From Camelus dromedarius (taxonomy: Eukaryota), in NCBI RefSeq assembly GCF_036321535.1, contig NC_087436.1:14012001-14076000 (forward strand): DNA of 64,000 nucleotides. Direction: 5' to 3'. The notes under the pieces are model-generated. The model made no database searches. It was not told the origin of the DNA and worked only from the letters and a program-made list of their open reading frames with translations. The translations under genes were made by a program, and so were the position numbers. Below, piece after piece: positions 38,741 through 50,263 of the stretch (its first letter is position 1; every line of letters starts with the position of its first letter).

Positions 38741-39099
38741 ATGTGACATTTTGTTTAAAGATGCTCAGATTAAAACTAGAGTTTCACTTAGATGTTGCCT
38801 ATAAGTTATATTTTGCCTAGATTTTTCATAGAGCTTTCACAAAAGTTTCACAACTGTTTTTCAAACTTTCAGAATTCTAACCTGCAGACACCAAGTTGAT
38901 AGTTGCCCAATGTCCTGGCACTCAGTAATTCCCACTGACCGGATCTTTTTCTGTTGTTATTTTGTTGCTGCAAATGGCATTATTTTATTCTACCAAAAAA
39001 ACCCTCTTTAATCAGGAGAGATGGATTTTTGGTCTGGCACTAATTTATTGCCTAAGCCAAGGAACAATGAACATTTTGGGTGATACATTAATAATTTAT

Positions 39100-39843
39100 T
39101 TTTTTAAAACTTTTATTGTGGTATGACTCCTGTACAGTAAACTACACGTATTTCAGGTGTACAATTTGATGAGTTTTGATAGATGTATACACCAATGAAA
39201 CCACCACTACAATCAGGATAGTTAACATTTCCATCACTCCCCAAGAGGTGCAATTTTCAAACTCCCAATGTATTCCTTCTCACCCCCTTCCCACCCTGGT
39301 AACTATAAAATTGTTCTCTATGTCTGTGAGTCTGCTTCTGTCTTGTAGATAAGTTCATTTGTGTCTTTTTTTCCGATTCCACATATGAGCGGTATCATAT
39401 GGTATTTTTCTTTCTCTTTCTGGCTTTCTTCACTTAGAACAATGATCTCCAGGCCCATCCATGCTGCTGCAAGTGGCATTATTTTATTCTTTTTATGGCC
39501 GAGTAGTAGTATTCCATTGTATATATATATATATACCACATCTTCTTTATCCAGTCCTCTGTTGATGGACGTTTAGGCTGTTTCCATGTCTTGGCTATGG
39601 TAAATAGTGCTGCTGTGAACATAGGGGTGCATGTGTCTTTTCAAATTATGTTTTTCTCCGGATATATGCCCAGGACTGGGATTGCTGGATCATATGGTAA
39701 GTCTATTTTTAGTTTTTTAAGGAACCTCCATACTGTCCTCCATCGTGGCTGCACCAATTTACGTTCCCACCAACAGTGTAGGAGGGTTCCTTTTTCTCCA
39801 CGCCCTTTCCAGCATTTATCGTTTGTAGACTTTTTAATGATGG
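39100..39843 (-). mobile_element. 5'-truncated L1 (same 3' tail class as the 2629 and 3746 copies)
   Basis: Antisense L1 ORF2 C-terminus and 3' UTR; tail 'ttttattgtggtatgactcctgtacagtaaactacac' shared with the 2629-3246 copy. Confidence 0.95.
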
Positions 39844-40070
39844 AGAAGCACAGAGCCCTTCACTTCCTCTCCACTGGTCTCCTAGAACTGCAAATACACA
39901 CCTACTGTGAGACTACATACCTACTGTGTGCACTGCTCTTTGCGCATCGTGTAGAGGTCCCATTCTGTCTATAAAAATGTTGCCTTTTCTCATTATTGTA
40001 GCTGAAAAAGTGTATAGCATAGGCCCAATAAATTGAGTCAATAATTTTTTTTAATAGGAAAAAGAAAGAA

Positions 40071-40170
40071 GGCAGGGTATAGCTCAGTGGTAGAGCACCC
40101 GCTTAGCATGCACGAGGTCCTGGGTTCAATCCCCAGGGCCTCCATTAAAAAAAAGTTATTTAAAAAAAAC
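40071..40170 (+). mobile_element. tRNA-Ala-derived SINE (vic-1-like)
   Basis: gggtatagctcagtggtagagcacccgcttagcatgcacgaggtcctgggttcaatcccc and A tail. Confidence 0.93.
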
Positions 40171-40204
40171 CATCTTCCATTCCCTGTCTTCAACAACCTC
40201 AACA

Positions 40205-40345
40205 AAAATGTGGCTTTCTGGAGATGGGTGGTTGTGATGGTCACACAACAGCATGAATGCACTCAGTGCCGTGGAACTGCACACTTAAACATGGCTAAAA
40301 TGGTCAGTTTTATGTTATGTATATTTTATCACAATTTCAAAAACA
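40205..40345 (+). mobile_element. L1MB 3' end fragment
   Basis: 'ttctggagatgggtggttgtgatggtcacacaacagcatgaatgcactcagtgcc..tatattttatcacaattt'. Confidence 0.75.
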
Positions 40346-42967
40346 TGATTACCAAAGTGCTTATCAAAACTGTTCACTGACTTCCGTTCGGCTCTGTGAC
40401 TTTATGGTCACACCCAAACAGCCCAGAGCCTGGGCTTTTAACTGTGCCCTCCTCCAAGAGTTCCCTTCCCACCTCAACCCCCCTCCTACTCCTGCAGGCC
40501 AGGCCAGTCCTGAGAGGCGGGCACGAGGGACGGACGTAGCTGTGGCTGTGGCTCTGTTTCTCCTGGTGAAGCCTTGCTGCCTGCGATCGGTAAAGTCTGC
40601 AGTTTTAGACACGACAGAAATCAAGGCTTAGCAGTGATTGGCCTACGAGGCACAGTGCATATACTGAGATCCCGGCAGCACGGGCATCTCTGGGGCACAC
40701 ACTGTGCACAAAATCACTTTCCCTGCAGAAGCTGGAAACAAAGAGTCTCCTGTGTCCTACCACCATGTGGTCGGACACAACACCCAGGAAGACAGAGGCC
40801 GCCTTTCAGTTTATGTGTTTCTAGCATCTAGTTTTTTCCTTTAGTCCACCAACCATAAGAAAGATCTGCATGCCTATCGCCTCATCCTGCATTTGCTCGT
40901 TTGTAAAATTCAGAAATTGACTTGAAAGAGGCCAGAGTACTCACGCGCTATAGCTATGATTCTGCGTTAACGGATATTTCCCCAAAGAGTGGGGAGAAAA
41001 TCAATGGTTAAACAGGATAGTAACAGCTAACATTTATCGAGGGTTTGTCTGTACCGGGCCCGGGGCTATCTTTCCCCCAGGCTCTATCTTATGTAGTCAG
41101 CCCAGCAGTTCTGTGCAGCAGGCTCACGGTGCACATTTGGCACAAATTGATTACTCAGCTCACCTCACATCCCAACGGGTATAAATGTCAAAGCCAGACG
41201 AGCTCAGGTGGCCTGAGATCAGAGCCCTACCTAGTATCAGAGCACTTTCTTATCCTACAACTACAAAGGAACCTTGTAAAAACCTATAAAAGGGTTTTTG
41301 ATCAATTCTTTAAGGGAGAAGAGAAAGATTCCACGCTGAAGATGGTTGTACCATAATTCTTTCCATTTGTACTTTCAGACCTTTACTGATCAGATTTTAA
41401 GTGTAACACACATGCACACAGTTCACCTAAGATACTTTGTGGCACATTTGACGTTTCATTGTCTAGGTAACGATCACAATGTGGTAATCTTTAGAACTTG
41501 GTGAGGAGTGTATGTATTGCGCTCTGTAGAAAATGAGAGAGAAATTAACATTTCTGCTACCAAAGCCTTTTGTTGTAAAGAATAACAGGCACTTAGCCCT
41601 CTGAGTCATAGACGCCTTCTGTCATTTTAGATAAGCCACCAGCCACCAACTAACCAGAACCCATTGGCCTGGGGCCGGAGTCCCTGTTCAGATAAGGGCT
41701 GCATGTGACCGTGGCAGGAAATAAAATAAAACCCGAAAAGTAGTTCTGAGGGTGATGTGAAAGGCAGTGATGCTAATGAGATTGCTTGGCGCTTTCTCTC
41801 TTGAAGCCAACACCAGCCTTTGTTTCCTGGGATTCCTTGATGGCATGATATCTGCAGTCTGATTCTTGGCTGGAACTGGATGGTGGGCTCTTCCAAAGCA
41901 GATGCTGCAGGTAGTGGAATCCAAGGCTGGACTCCATCACCTAGGGAGCAGCTTCCTCTCTCAGGAGGCTCTGGCTGTTGCTAACGATGTGACTTGCTCT
42001 CGTCCTCCCCACCCCGCAGCGTTTTTCCATCCTCACCCCTGAAGTGCTTCTTCCCAATAACTCAGACTGAAGGATCTTTGACGATGAACACCTGCCAAGC
42101 ATCCGTCTACGCTCTGCCACTCAATTCATGGGGTGGGGGTGGGGCGATGGGAAACGCCTCTTTAAAAATTCAATAAAGTAAAAAAAAAAAAATTCAATGA
42201 AGTGATAGGAGGAAACCACCCCTTTGAAACTTTCCCTTCTTTCTTTCTCCATTAAAAAAAAAAATACAGCTCCCCCAAGACATATTAAATCGAATTTGAT
42301 TGAGGAAAATTATTTTTCAGACACACGGCAATTCTTCAGCTGTCATCCGGCAGGTTTGATGCCAAGTTGACACCACGTTCTGTTTGGCAGTTCCCGGAAA
42401 ACTCTGTGAGTCACCTCCGATTCCTCGTCCTCCGAGTATAGGGAGGGGCTGGGGACGGAAGCCAGGAGAAGCAGTTTGGAGAGTGTTGGACTCAGGAGGC
42501 TTCCAGACTTTCATTTGCGGTTTTCAGATGTAGTCCAGCTGGGTAGGGAGGGAATCCCCTGCTTTGTCATCCTGCAACTCTCGGTGCTGCTCATCTGTCA
42601 GATTATGGGTCCCAGCCCAGCTGGAAACGGGAGTGGGCACCCTACGGCACGTTTGCTGGCGCTACAATGACCAGAGGCAGACGTATCTTCTGGTGCCCTG
42701 GCCGACAATCTTCCAAGATTAAGTGAATGTCACTCCCTTTCTTATACAGCTCAGACTCCTTTATTCTGTCTGCATCGAGTGTAAATGTCTCACTTTCTCT
42801 AAAACACAACGTTACTTCCACCCCTGTTAAAATCCCATGCTCCTCCCTGCCCGGAGCCGCCTTGTCTTTGGTGAATTCCTTGTCCTCCGTGGATTTCAGA
42901 GGTAGTTACATCTGTCATTCCCACCATCCCCACCCCTTCGACGGTGAAGGGCCTGTGAATGCTCCAC

Positions 42968-42986
42968 TGCTGCCCCCTGCAGGTGG
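42968..42986 (-). promoter_or_regulatory. CTCF motif candidate
   Basis: Minus strand reads CCTGCAGGGGGCAGCA, close to the CTCF core CCNNNAGRKGGCRG. Confidence 0.55.
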
Positions 42987-43178
42987 GCCGTTCCCTGGGT
43001 GTCCCTCAATCAGCAAGGCTGCTGCCTGGCGGCTTGCTGAAAGTTTCATTATGAGTCTGGAAACACCTGCTTAGCGTTTCCCTTTAGTCTCTACTTCAAA
43101 AGGATTCTGTCTGGGATTTATGCCGCAATCATTTTCCTAGTCAGTTTTTTTCTACTTCTTTTCTCTTTTGAAAATGAC

Positions 43179-43287
43179 TTTTTTTTTTTTTTTTTTTTTT
43201 TTTTTAGTGAAAGGGCTGGGGATTGAACCCAGGACCTTGTGCATGCTAAGCATGCACTCTATCACTGAGTTATACTCAGCACCCACC
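43179..43287 (-). mobile_element. tRNA-Ala-derived SINE (vic-1-like)
   Basis: Long poly-T and antisense head; flanking ttttgaaaat duplication. Confidence 0.92.
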
Positions 43288-44032
43288 TCGAATTTTGAAA
43301 ATCATGATGGTGGTGACACTTTGAAATCCCACACTAGTGCACATGAGAAAGGAAAGAGAATGAAAACCCTTATGGTGTCCACCCTCTGTGCCAAGAGCTT
43401 TGTTCATGACTCATGTGAAAGTGCATCAGGGAGGTGGGTGGAGCTCAGTGGTGGAGCACATGTGCCTGTTGAGGGAGTGACTCCAAGCACAATGTAAACT
43501 GAGTAGATTGGTCTGGACTGAGGTTATTCTTGTTCTGGGGGCTGTGAGTTTGTCCAGAGTCCATGGATCCTAGACATTTAGTATATAAGCTGAGAGGGGA
43601 GGTTCTGAAATTTTCAAAAAGCCTGCCCATAGTAAGTTCTCAGTAAGATGGAGTCTGCAAAGTGCGTGGAAGGCATGCAAAGGGACCAGGAAAGACGATC
43701 CACAGCCTGATCTGGTGTGGCTCAGCTCTTGATTAGATGCCTTAGGTGGACTTGCTGGCTTTCAGGACTGCTAACTGCCCAGTGTGATTTGAAAGAGCCC
43801 AGGATGCCCAGAGCAATTGGCTCTAATCAGCCCTAGTGAGGACAAACATACACCATCTGAAGTAACTAATGACCCCCAATGTGATTATCTACCTGGACCT
43901 GAGTCTGCACTGCACAGATGACTCAAGTTCAAAGCAGACAGCAAAGTGAAAGGCAAATTAAATGTCATTTGTCATTGTCAGTGAAATGGTCTGAGAGGGA
44001 TTTTTGGAAAGATGATATGGTGACAGCATAGG

Positions 44033-44171
44033 ATTTTTTTTTTTTTTTTTTGGTGGGGGGATGTAATTAGGTTTTACTTATTCATTTATTCTTAGAGGAG
44101 GTACTAGGGATTGAACCCAGGACCTTGTGCATGCTAAGCATGTGCTCTACCACTGAGCTATACTCTCTCCC
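44033..44171 (-). mobile_element. tRNA-Ala-derived SINE (vic-1-like)
   Basis: TSD gacagcatagg at 44022-44032 and 44172-44182. Confidence 0.95.
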
Positions 44172-44367
44172 GACAGCATAGGTTTTTAATCACACCAAAT
44201 TTCCTTATAAAAACAGAAAGGGCAATGAAAAAGCAAAACCAAAAGCCCATGAACAACCTTTGAAATGAAACTGGAAGTTAAACCATCCCCACAAACTCCA
44301 AACTACAAGTGGTTAAGACACAGAAAGACCTTTGAACAGGAGAACCCCAAAGTAGCCATTAAGGGTT

Positions 44368-44845
44368 TGTTGCAGAAAAGTGTGTTACAGCTCAGAATTA
44401 CAGCTCAGTGTTACAGATCAGTTGTGAAAGCAACCTGGATCTGGGCGAGAGACCAAGCAGCACTCGGAGAGTTGGAGAACTCAGGTTTATTTTGCTAGCA
44501 GGCCCAGAGGAGTTAACACTCCAAGCTCTGGACCCTGTCTGTAGGTTTACACAGGCTTTTATAGGCTACCAGTCTAGACTTTGCAACATTTTGCAACATC
44601 ATATGCAAATAAGGTATAACAAAGTGACTAATTAGGAACAAACTTTGTAGAAATGGACCAATCAGGAGTTAGCTCAGGGAACCAATAGAATCTTAGGGGT
44701 AAGTCCCACTTTTCTAGAAGTAAGCCATTGCAGAGTTTAAAAAGCAAAATAATTCCACTGGACCAGGAAACTGAATGGTGCTGGCAGGAGGGTAGTGGCA
44801 CTGCCTGGGGGTCTTGCTGTCTTTTTCATGGGGTTTCCCACCTCA
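44368..44845 (-). mobile_element. ERV1-class solo LTR with a perfect 4-bp TSD
   Basis: TG...CA termini; TSD ggtt at 44364-44367 and 44846-44849; antisense TATAAAA (~44557) and AATAAA (~44487). Confidence 0.9.
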
Positions 44846-45459
44846 GGTTCACTGGAAAGCATGAGGGAACAGTCTGAGAGGAGCAGATGAAACTGGGCAG
44901 GGGGCCCATCCAGTCCGACAGTGGACGATACAGGAGGTCCATGGTAAGCTCAGGCTACTCCCCAGAAACCCCCAAACAGTCCAGCCAGGGCCCCTTCAGA
45001 CAAAGAACTCCACATGGAGGAGAAACCGTGTGATCAAAATCAAACAGGACATGGACAATAAAGACAAGAGAAGAGAAAGTCCAAATAAAGGTAACAAAGA
45101 TGAACAGAGCCAGGAAATCTCAAAAAGCAAGTTACACACACACACACAATACACACAGCACACACACAACACAACACACACACACAATCAAAAAACAACA
45201 AAGAGCTTTGGGAAGATAGAAAACCTACCCTGCTTTCCTCTAACAGTTAAGAAAAACTAATTTTCCCTAAACATGAACAACAAAAATTATAGTCAAATTC
45301 CAAATAAAATCCTTAAGGGGTAAAAAAGAACAAATTCAGAATAGCAATACTACAGACATTGAAAGCACACCAGAAAAAAAGAAACATTCACAGAAAAGAT
45401 CACAGTTGTAATTTTCTCTTTCAAAATGACCTAAAAGACATTAAGAAAATGATACAACC

Positions 45460-46290
45460 TGAATAGAAAACACAGAAATGGCCAATAAGCACATGAAAAT
45501 ATGCTCAACATCAGTAGCCATCATAGAAATGCAAATCAAAACCTCAGTGAAAATATAAATCAACCACACAGCAATAAATTTTTTTTTTTAAAAAAACCTC
45601 AATCACTTCATACCCAGTAGGATGCCTATAAACAAAAAGACAGATAATAACAAGTGTTGGCAAGGATTTGGAGAAATTGGAAACTTCTTTCACTGCTGGT
45701 GGCATCATGAAATGGTGCAGTCACTTTGGAAAACAGTTAGGCAGTTCCTCAAAGAGTTAAACATAGAGTTACCATATGACCCAGCATTTCTACTTCTAGG
45801 TATTTACCCAAGAGAATTGAAAACATGTGTCCACACAAAAATTTGTACATAAATATTCACAGCAGCATTGTTAACAGCCCCAAAATGGAAAAAAACCTAA
45901 ATAATCATCAGCTGATGAATGGATGAACAAATTGTAGTATTTCTATACAATGGAATATTATTTAGCCATAAAGAGGAATGAAGTATTGACACATGGTACC
46001 ACATGGATGAACATATGCTAAGTGAAAAAGTCAGACACAAAAGACCACATATTGAATTTCATTTATATGAAATGCCCAGAATAGGCAAATCTATTTTGAA
46101 AGTAGTTTAGCGGTTGCCTCAGAAGTTGGGGAAATGGGGAGTGACTGATAATGGGTACAGAGTTTCTTTTTGGAGTGATGAAATGTTCTAATTGTGGTGA
46201 TGTTTGCACATGTGACTATACTAAAAGCCAATGAACTGTTCACTTTTAATAAGTGAATTGTACAGTATGAGAATTTTATCTCACAAACAC
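45460..46290 (+). mobile_element. L1MB 3' region
   Basis: ORF 45622-45852 (KCWQGFGEIGNFFHCWW..ELPYDPAFLLLGIYPRELKT) and an L1MB-type 3' UTR. Confidence 0.88.
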
Positions 46291-46893
46291 TTATTTAAGA
46301 CAAGAAAATTATCAAAGAACAATATAAACCAGAATTAGACAAACTCAAAAATGAGGTGATAGAATTTAGAAAGAATTAGAAATAAAAGAAAAAATCATTT
46401 CAGAAATGAGGATTAACTACAAGAAACAGCAGATTGAATAAAAACAATAGAGAATGCTTTAAGAGTAAATAGAAGGTGAAAAGGAAGAAATTTTTTAATC
46501 AATTAGAAATAACAGATACCAAAGATTCAAGAGAAAGTGACAAATATTCAGAACAAAGAAGATCCAACATAAAGATAGCAGGGGTTTCTAAAGAAAAATA
46601 GCAAAGCGTGAGAAAAGAACAAATACCAAAAACTGTAACTCAATAAAATTTTCCTGAAGTATAAAAGTTTTGAAACTTTATTTGGAAATAGCATAACATG
46701 TATTTCCAATATTGATGGAACAACCAACACCAAGGTCTATTCTAGTAAAATTATTTGACTTAAAAAATGAAACAAAGAAAAGGAAAATGTCCTTTTCTTG
46801 TCCATGAAAAACTAGTAAGATACTTATAAGAGAAAGAAAATTATATTCTCATCAGAAGAGAATGTAATAATATATTTAAGATACTCAAGGAAA

Positions 46894-47016
46894 AAAGAAT
46901 ATGAAAACAAATACATGTATGTATATGCATGAGTGGGACGTTATGCTGTGCACCAGAAACTGGCACATTGTAACTGACTGTACTTCAAACAAACAAACAA
47001 ACAAACAAACAAACGA
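46894..47016 (+). mobile_element. Very short young L1 3'-end insertion with (CAAA)n tail
   Basis: TSD aaga(t/c)actcaaggaaa at 46878-46893 and 47017-47032. Confidence 0.9.
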
Positions 47017-47379
47017 AAGACACTCAAGGAAAGAAAATGCACGCAAAGATTTTATACCCAGCAAAACTGACTTTCAGGCAAAAGGTAGAAACTGTTATCA
47101 ATGTCAGGAAAAATTGTTTCCATGACTCTTTCCTTAGCAATCAATTAGAGAAAGACTTTCAGAAAGCCAGGAAGATTAGAGATGCATTGACATAGGGACT
47201 GGTGGGGAACATTAGGCACTGAGAACTAAAACCAAGTGAGGGTTAAAGAGGAGACCGTACGGTAAGTCATGGCTGAAAGCACAGGCAATGAAGATACAGC
47301 ACAAATAACAAAAAATTGTAGAGGTGACTAGAGCCCATGCAGAAATTTTAGGCTATTCCCAATAATTTTATTAGTGAGG

Positions 47380-49290
47380 GTAGTAATGTTATTCTGAGAC
47401 TGTTATATAGGTAATGTGAGCTAAAGCAAATAAATATTATGGGATATACTAATTCTCTCATTCCCTTGAAACCAGGATTGTCGGGTTGAAGGAAATACGA
47501 TTCTAACAGATAAGAGATGATATAAAAAAACTCAAGTCCTGAACTGAATTGGAAATACTAGTATGAATTCATGAGATATTTTATTTCTATCAAACTATAT
47601 ATCTCTTTGTCTATCCTTCGAAAAGAGGCCTAGAAATAATCCCCCAACCCAGTTGCACTGAACATTTCCAGTACCCAGGTTGTGGCTTGAAATATGGTTT
47701 CCCACTAGAAGAAACCAAGGCTTCCCGGAGAAGTGTCTGAGTCCTGGTACATTGTTAGTCTGGGTCATCCTGTCAGATCAAGTATGGGTAAACTCTCACA
47801 GACCACAGAGTCACGCCAAAAGGACTCAAACACCAACCTGAAGAGGCCCACCGACCAAATAAGGGACAATCTGAGAATCAAAAATCATAACAAATGCCAT
47901 CAAATGAAATCATGAAATATTTTCAAATCTACAGGTTCATATGGACATCAAAATATCTCATTGGTCACCTTCAGAGGGTGATATGGAACTATTCCAATTA
48001 ACTACTGTGTATAATGAACTCCCTCCAAGACTTAGTGCAGTAACACACCAATTTTGTTGTGCACATGGATTCTGTATTTCAGCCCTTCAGCAAGACCTGG
48101 GGGAAACGGCTCCATGAAGTCTGGGACCTCACCTGGGAAGACCAGATGGCTGGGGCTGGGATTACCTGGAGGCTACTTCACTTGCAGGGCTAGGCCTGGG
48201 CTGAAATGAATCCAAGCCTGTGCTCAGCTGAGGCCGTTGACCAGAGAGCCTGGAACAAGGTGGTCTCAGGGTAGCTACATTTCTTATAAGGCAGCTCAGG
48301 TCTCCAAGGTTGTGTGTTCTTGGAAACAAGCCAGAAGCTGCCCGACCTCTGTGACACTGCCATGAAAGTCAAACACTATCATCTTCTATGCACCCTATTG
48401 TTTGAAGTGGTCACATGCCCTCTGAGATTCAGTGGGAGGGGACACAGACCCCACCTCTTAAATGCAGAAATGCCAGAGAATTTGGAGCCATGTTTTAATA
48501 TCATCACATTATCATTTTCTGGAAAATGGGTAATTAAAGCAAAGACAATTAAACCTATCCTCTGCGAACTGTGCCACTGAGAAAGCAAATACAACACGAA
48601 GGGAAGCAGCCCTTTACAAAAGTATCTAAATGATAAATGAAACATAAATGATGAAATGAGACTATCACCACTCTGCAGACCCTAGTGCATGAATGGAGGT
48701 AGATGTTGAGTATCATCAGCTGGTAACCTCACAAAAAGACAACTGGTGATAACGTGTCTCGTGATGAAAGGACACGCCACCACCCAGAGGCCTGACAGAG
48801 GAACTGAACATGAGTGCGATCTGGCTACCAGTGTGTGGGAAATGCAGAGGATGGGGTGCATGCCGAATCGTACCGTGAATCCACAGTCAGCAAAATACAA
48901 ACTCTGGGGAGCTCTGTAGGTCAAAAAACCCCATGTCCATCAACAGATCAATTGGAAAGAAAGGGATGGAGGGGAACCTGTAGATTAAAGTAAACTTAAA
49001 AGATATAAAATGTAAAAAACAAGGAAGGAGGGGCACAGACTGAACTACAGTGTGTCTAGGCTTGTGTATCTGGTTGATAAAACCATTAAGAAATAAGGAA
49101 GTGATTATGATAATAGTCAGCATAGTGGTTACTCTTCCAGGAATGGAGAGAACTGAGGTTGGAACAGGACAGTGGAGAGGCGTCTGGGAGGCCAGCACTT
49201 TTGGTCACTAGGGAGTTCACCTTATGATGACTCATAAAAGCTGTGCATTTATTGGGGAGTGTTTTATGTATTTTATTTTACAATAAAAAA
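47380..49290 (+). mobile_element. L1MC-type 3' region interrupted by an MLT1
   Basis: 'ccactagaagaaaccaaggcttcccggagaagtgtctgagtcc', 'aacctgtagattaaagtaaacttaaaagatata', ends 'ttttattttacaataaaaaa'. Confidence 0.65.
47985..48508 (-). mobile_element. MaLR LTR (MLT1F-like)
   Basis: 'actactgtgtataatgaactccctccaagacttagtg..ggaggggacacagaccccacctctt..gccatgttttaatatcatcaca'. Confidence 0.8.
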
Positions 49291-49339
49291 GTGAGAAAAG
49301 AGGGGAGCAAAGGAAGACAGAAGGAGAGATTTTGATGCT

Positions 49340-49570
49340 GCTGCTGATAGTGGTGGAGGTGGTGGTGGTGATGGGGTGATGGTGGTGGTGGTGGTGGCAT
49401 AGCTAACATTTATTGCACATTTACTAATTAGATAATGGATTATTTAATTTAATTCTCTCACTATTATCACCACTATTATCCCCATTTTCATATGGTGAAA
49501 CTGAGGGTTTACAAAAGTTAAGTAACCTGAACAAGGTCTTAAGTTAGTGAGTGGTAGACATGAAATTTGC
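49340..49570 (-). mobile_element. MIR with adjacent (GGT)n repeat
   Basis: ggtggtggtg run, then 'agctaacatttattg..attatccccattttcatatggtgaaactgaggg'. Confidence 0.7.
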
Positions 49571-50151
49571 TGACGAATCACAAACTGAATATTTTCACAA
49601 GTAAAGTTAAGGAACGAGCAAGGCCATCCCCACACTCTATTCTCCCCTCCTCTGCTGAGTGAAAAAAAAAAAAAAACAGAAATACAGGGTATTTACTCTT
49701 TGATATTCATTATGGAGAGCTTGTGAAAGGTACACTTCATTTTTGGCGAAGAACACTTTACGGGCGTAGAGTTGTCTTAAGCGCTTTGTGATAACTTATT
49801 GATACACAAGACAGTAATTTGATTTGTGATTTACAAAAAATAATTTATATTCTTATAATGACTTTAAATATCCAGCTATCTTTACTGAAAACAAACAAAA
49901 ATGCCCTTGCTATTCATCCTATTTTTAATCTTTAAAAAGAAAGGAGTTTTAAATCATATACTGTAAAAAATAATTTACACTGCAAAAAAAAAATAAGTCA
50001 TAAGATTTTTAAAATGAAATTTTGGCTATTAAGTAGGGCCACACCTTTTAAAGAAAAGCTATTAAAATAAGGTGTCTTCTAAGTCTCTTCAAATCACTTC
50101 GAAAATTCCAAAGCAAGATGCTTTATCTTCTAAAGTAAAAGCAGGCCCTTT

Positions 50152-50263
50152 GTTTATTTACTTATGGGTTTTTTTTTTTTTTTTTTATGGAGGTACTGGG
50201 GACTGAACCCAGGTCTTCATGCATGCTAAGCATGCACTCTACCACTGAGCTATGCCATCCCCG
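50152..50263 (-). mobile_element. tRNA-Ala-derived SINE (vic-1-like)
   Basis: TSD aaagc(a/g)ggccctttg on both sides. Confidence 0.93.

Larger units (their letters stand above)
44850..47170 (+). mobile_element. Ancient L1M/HAL1-like element hosting nested insertions
   Basis: A-rich ORF1-like coiled-coil text at 45280-45460 and 46300-47170. Confidence 0.55.
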
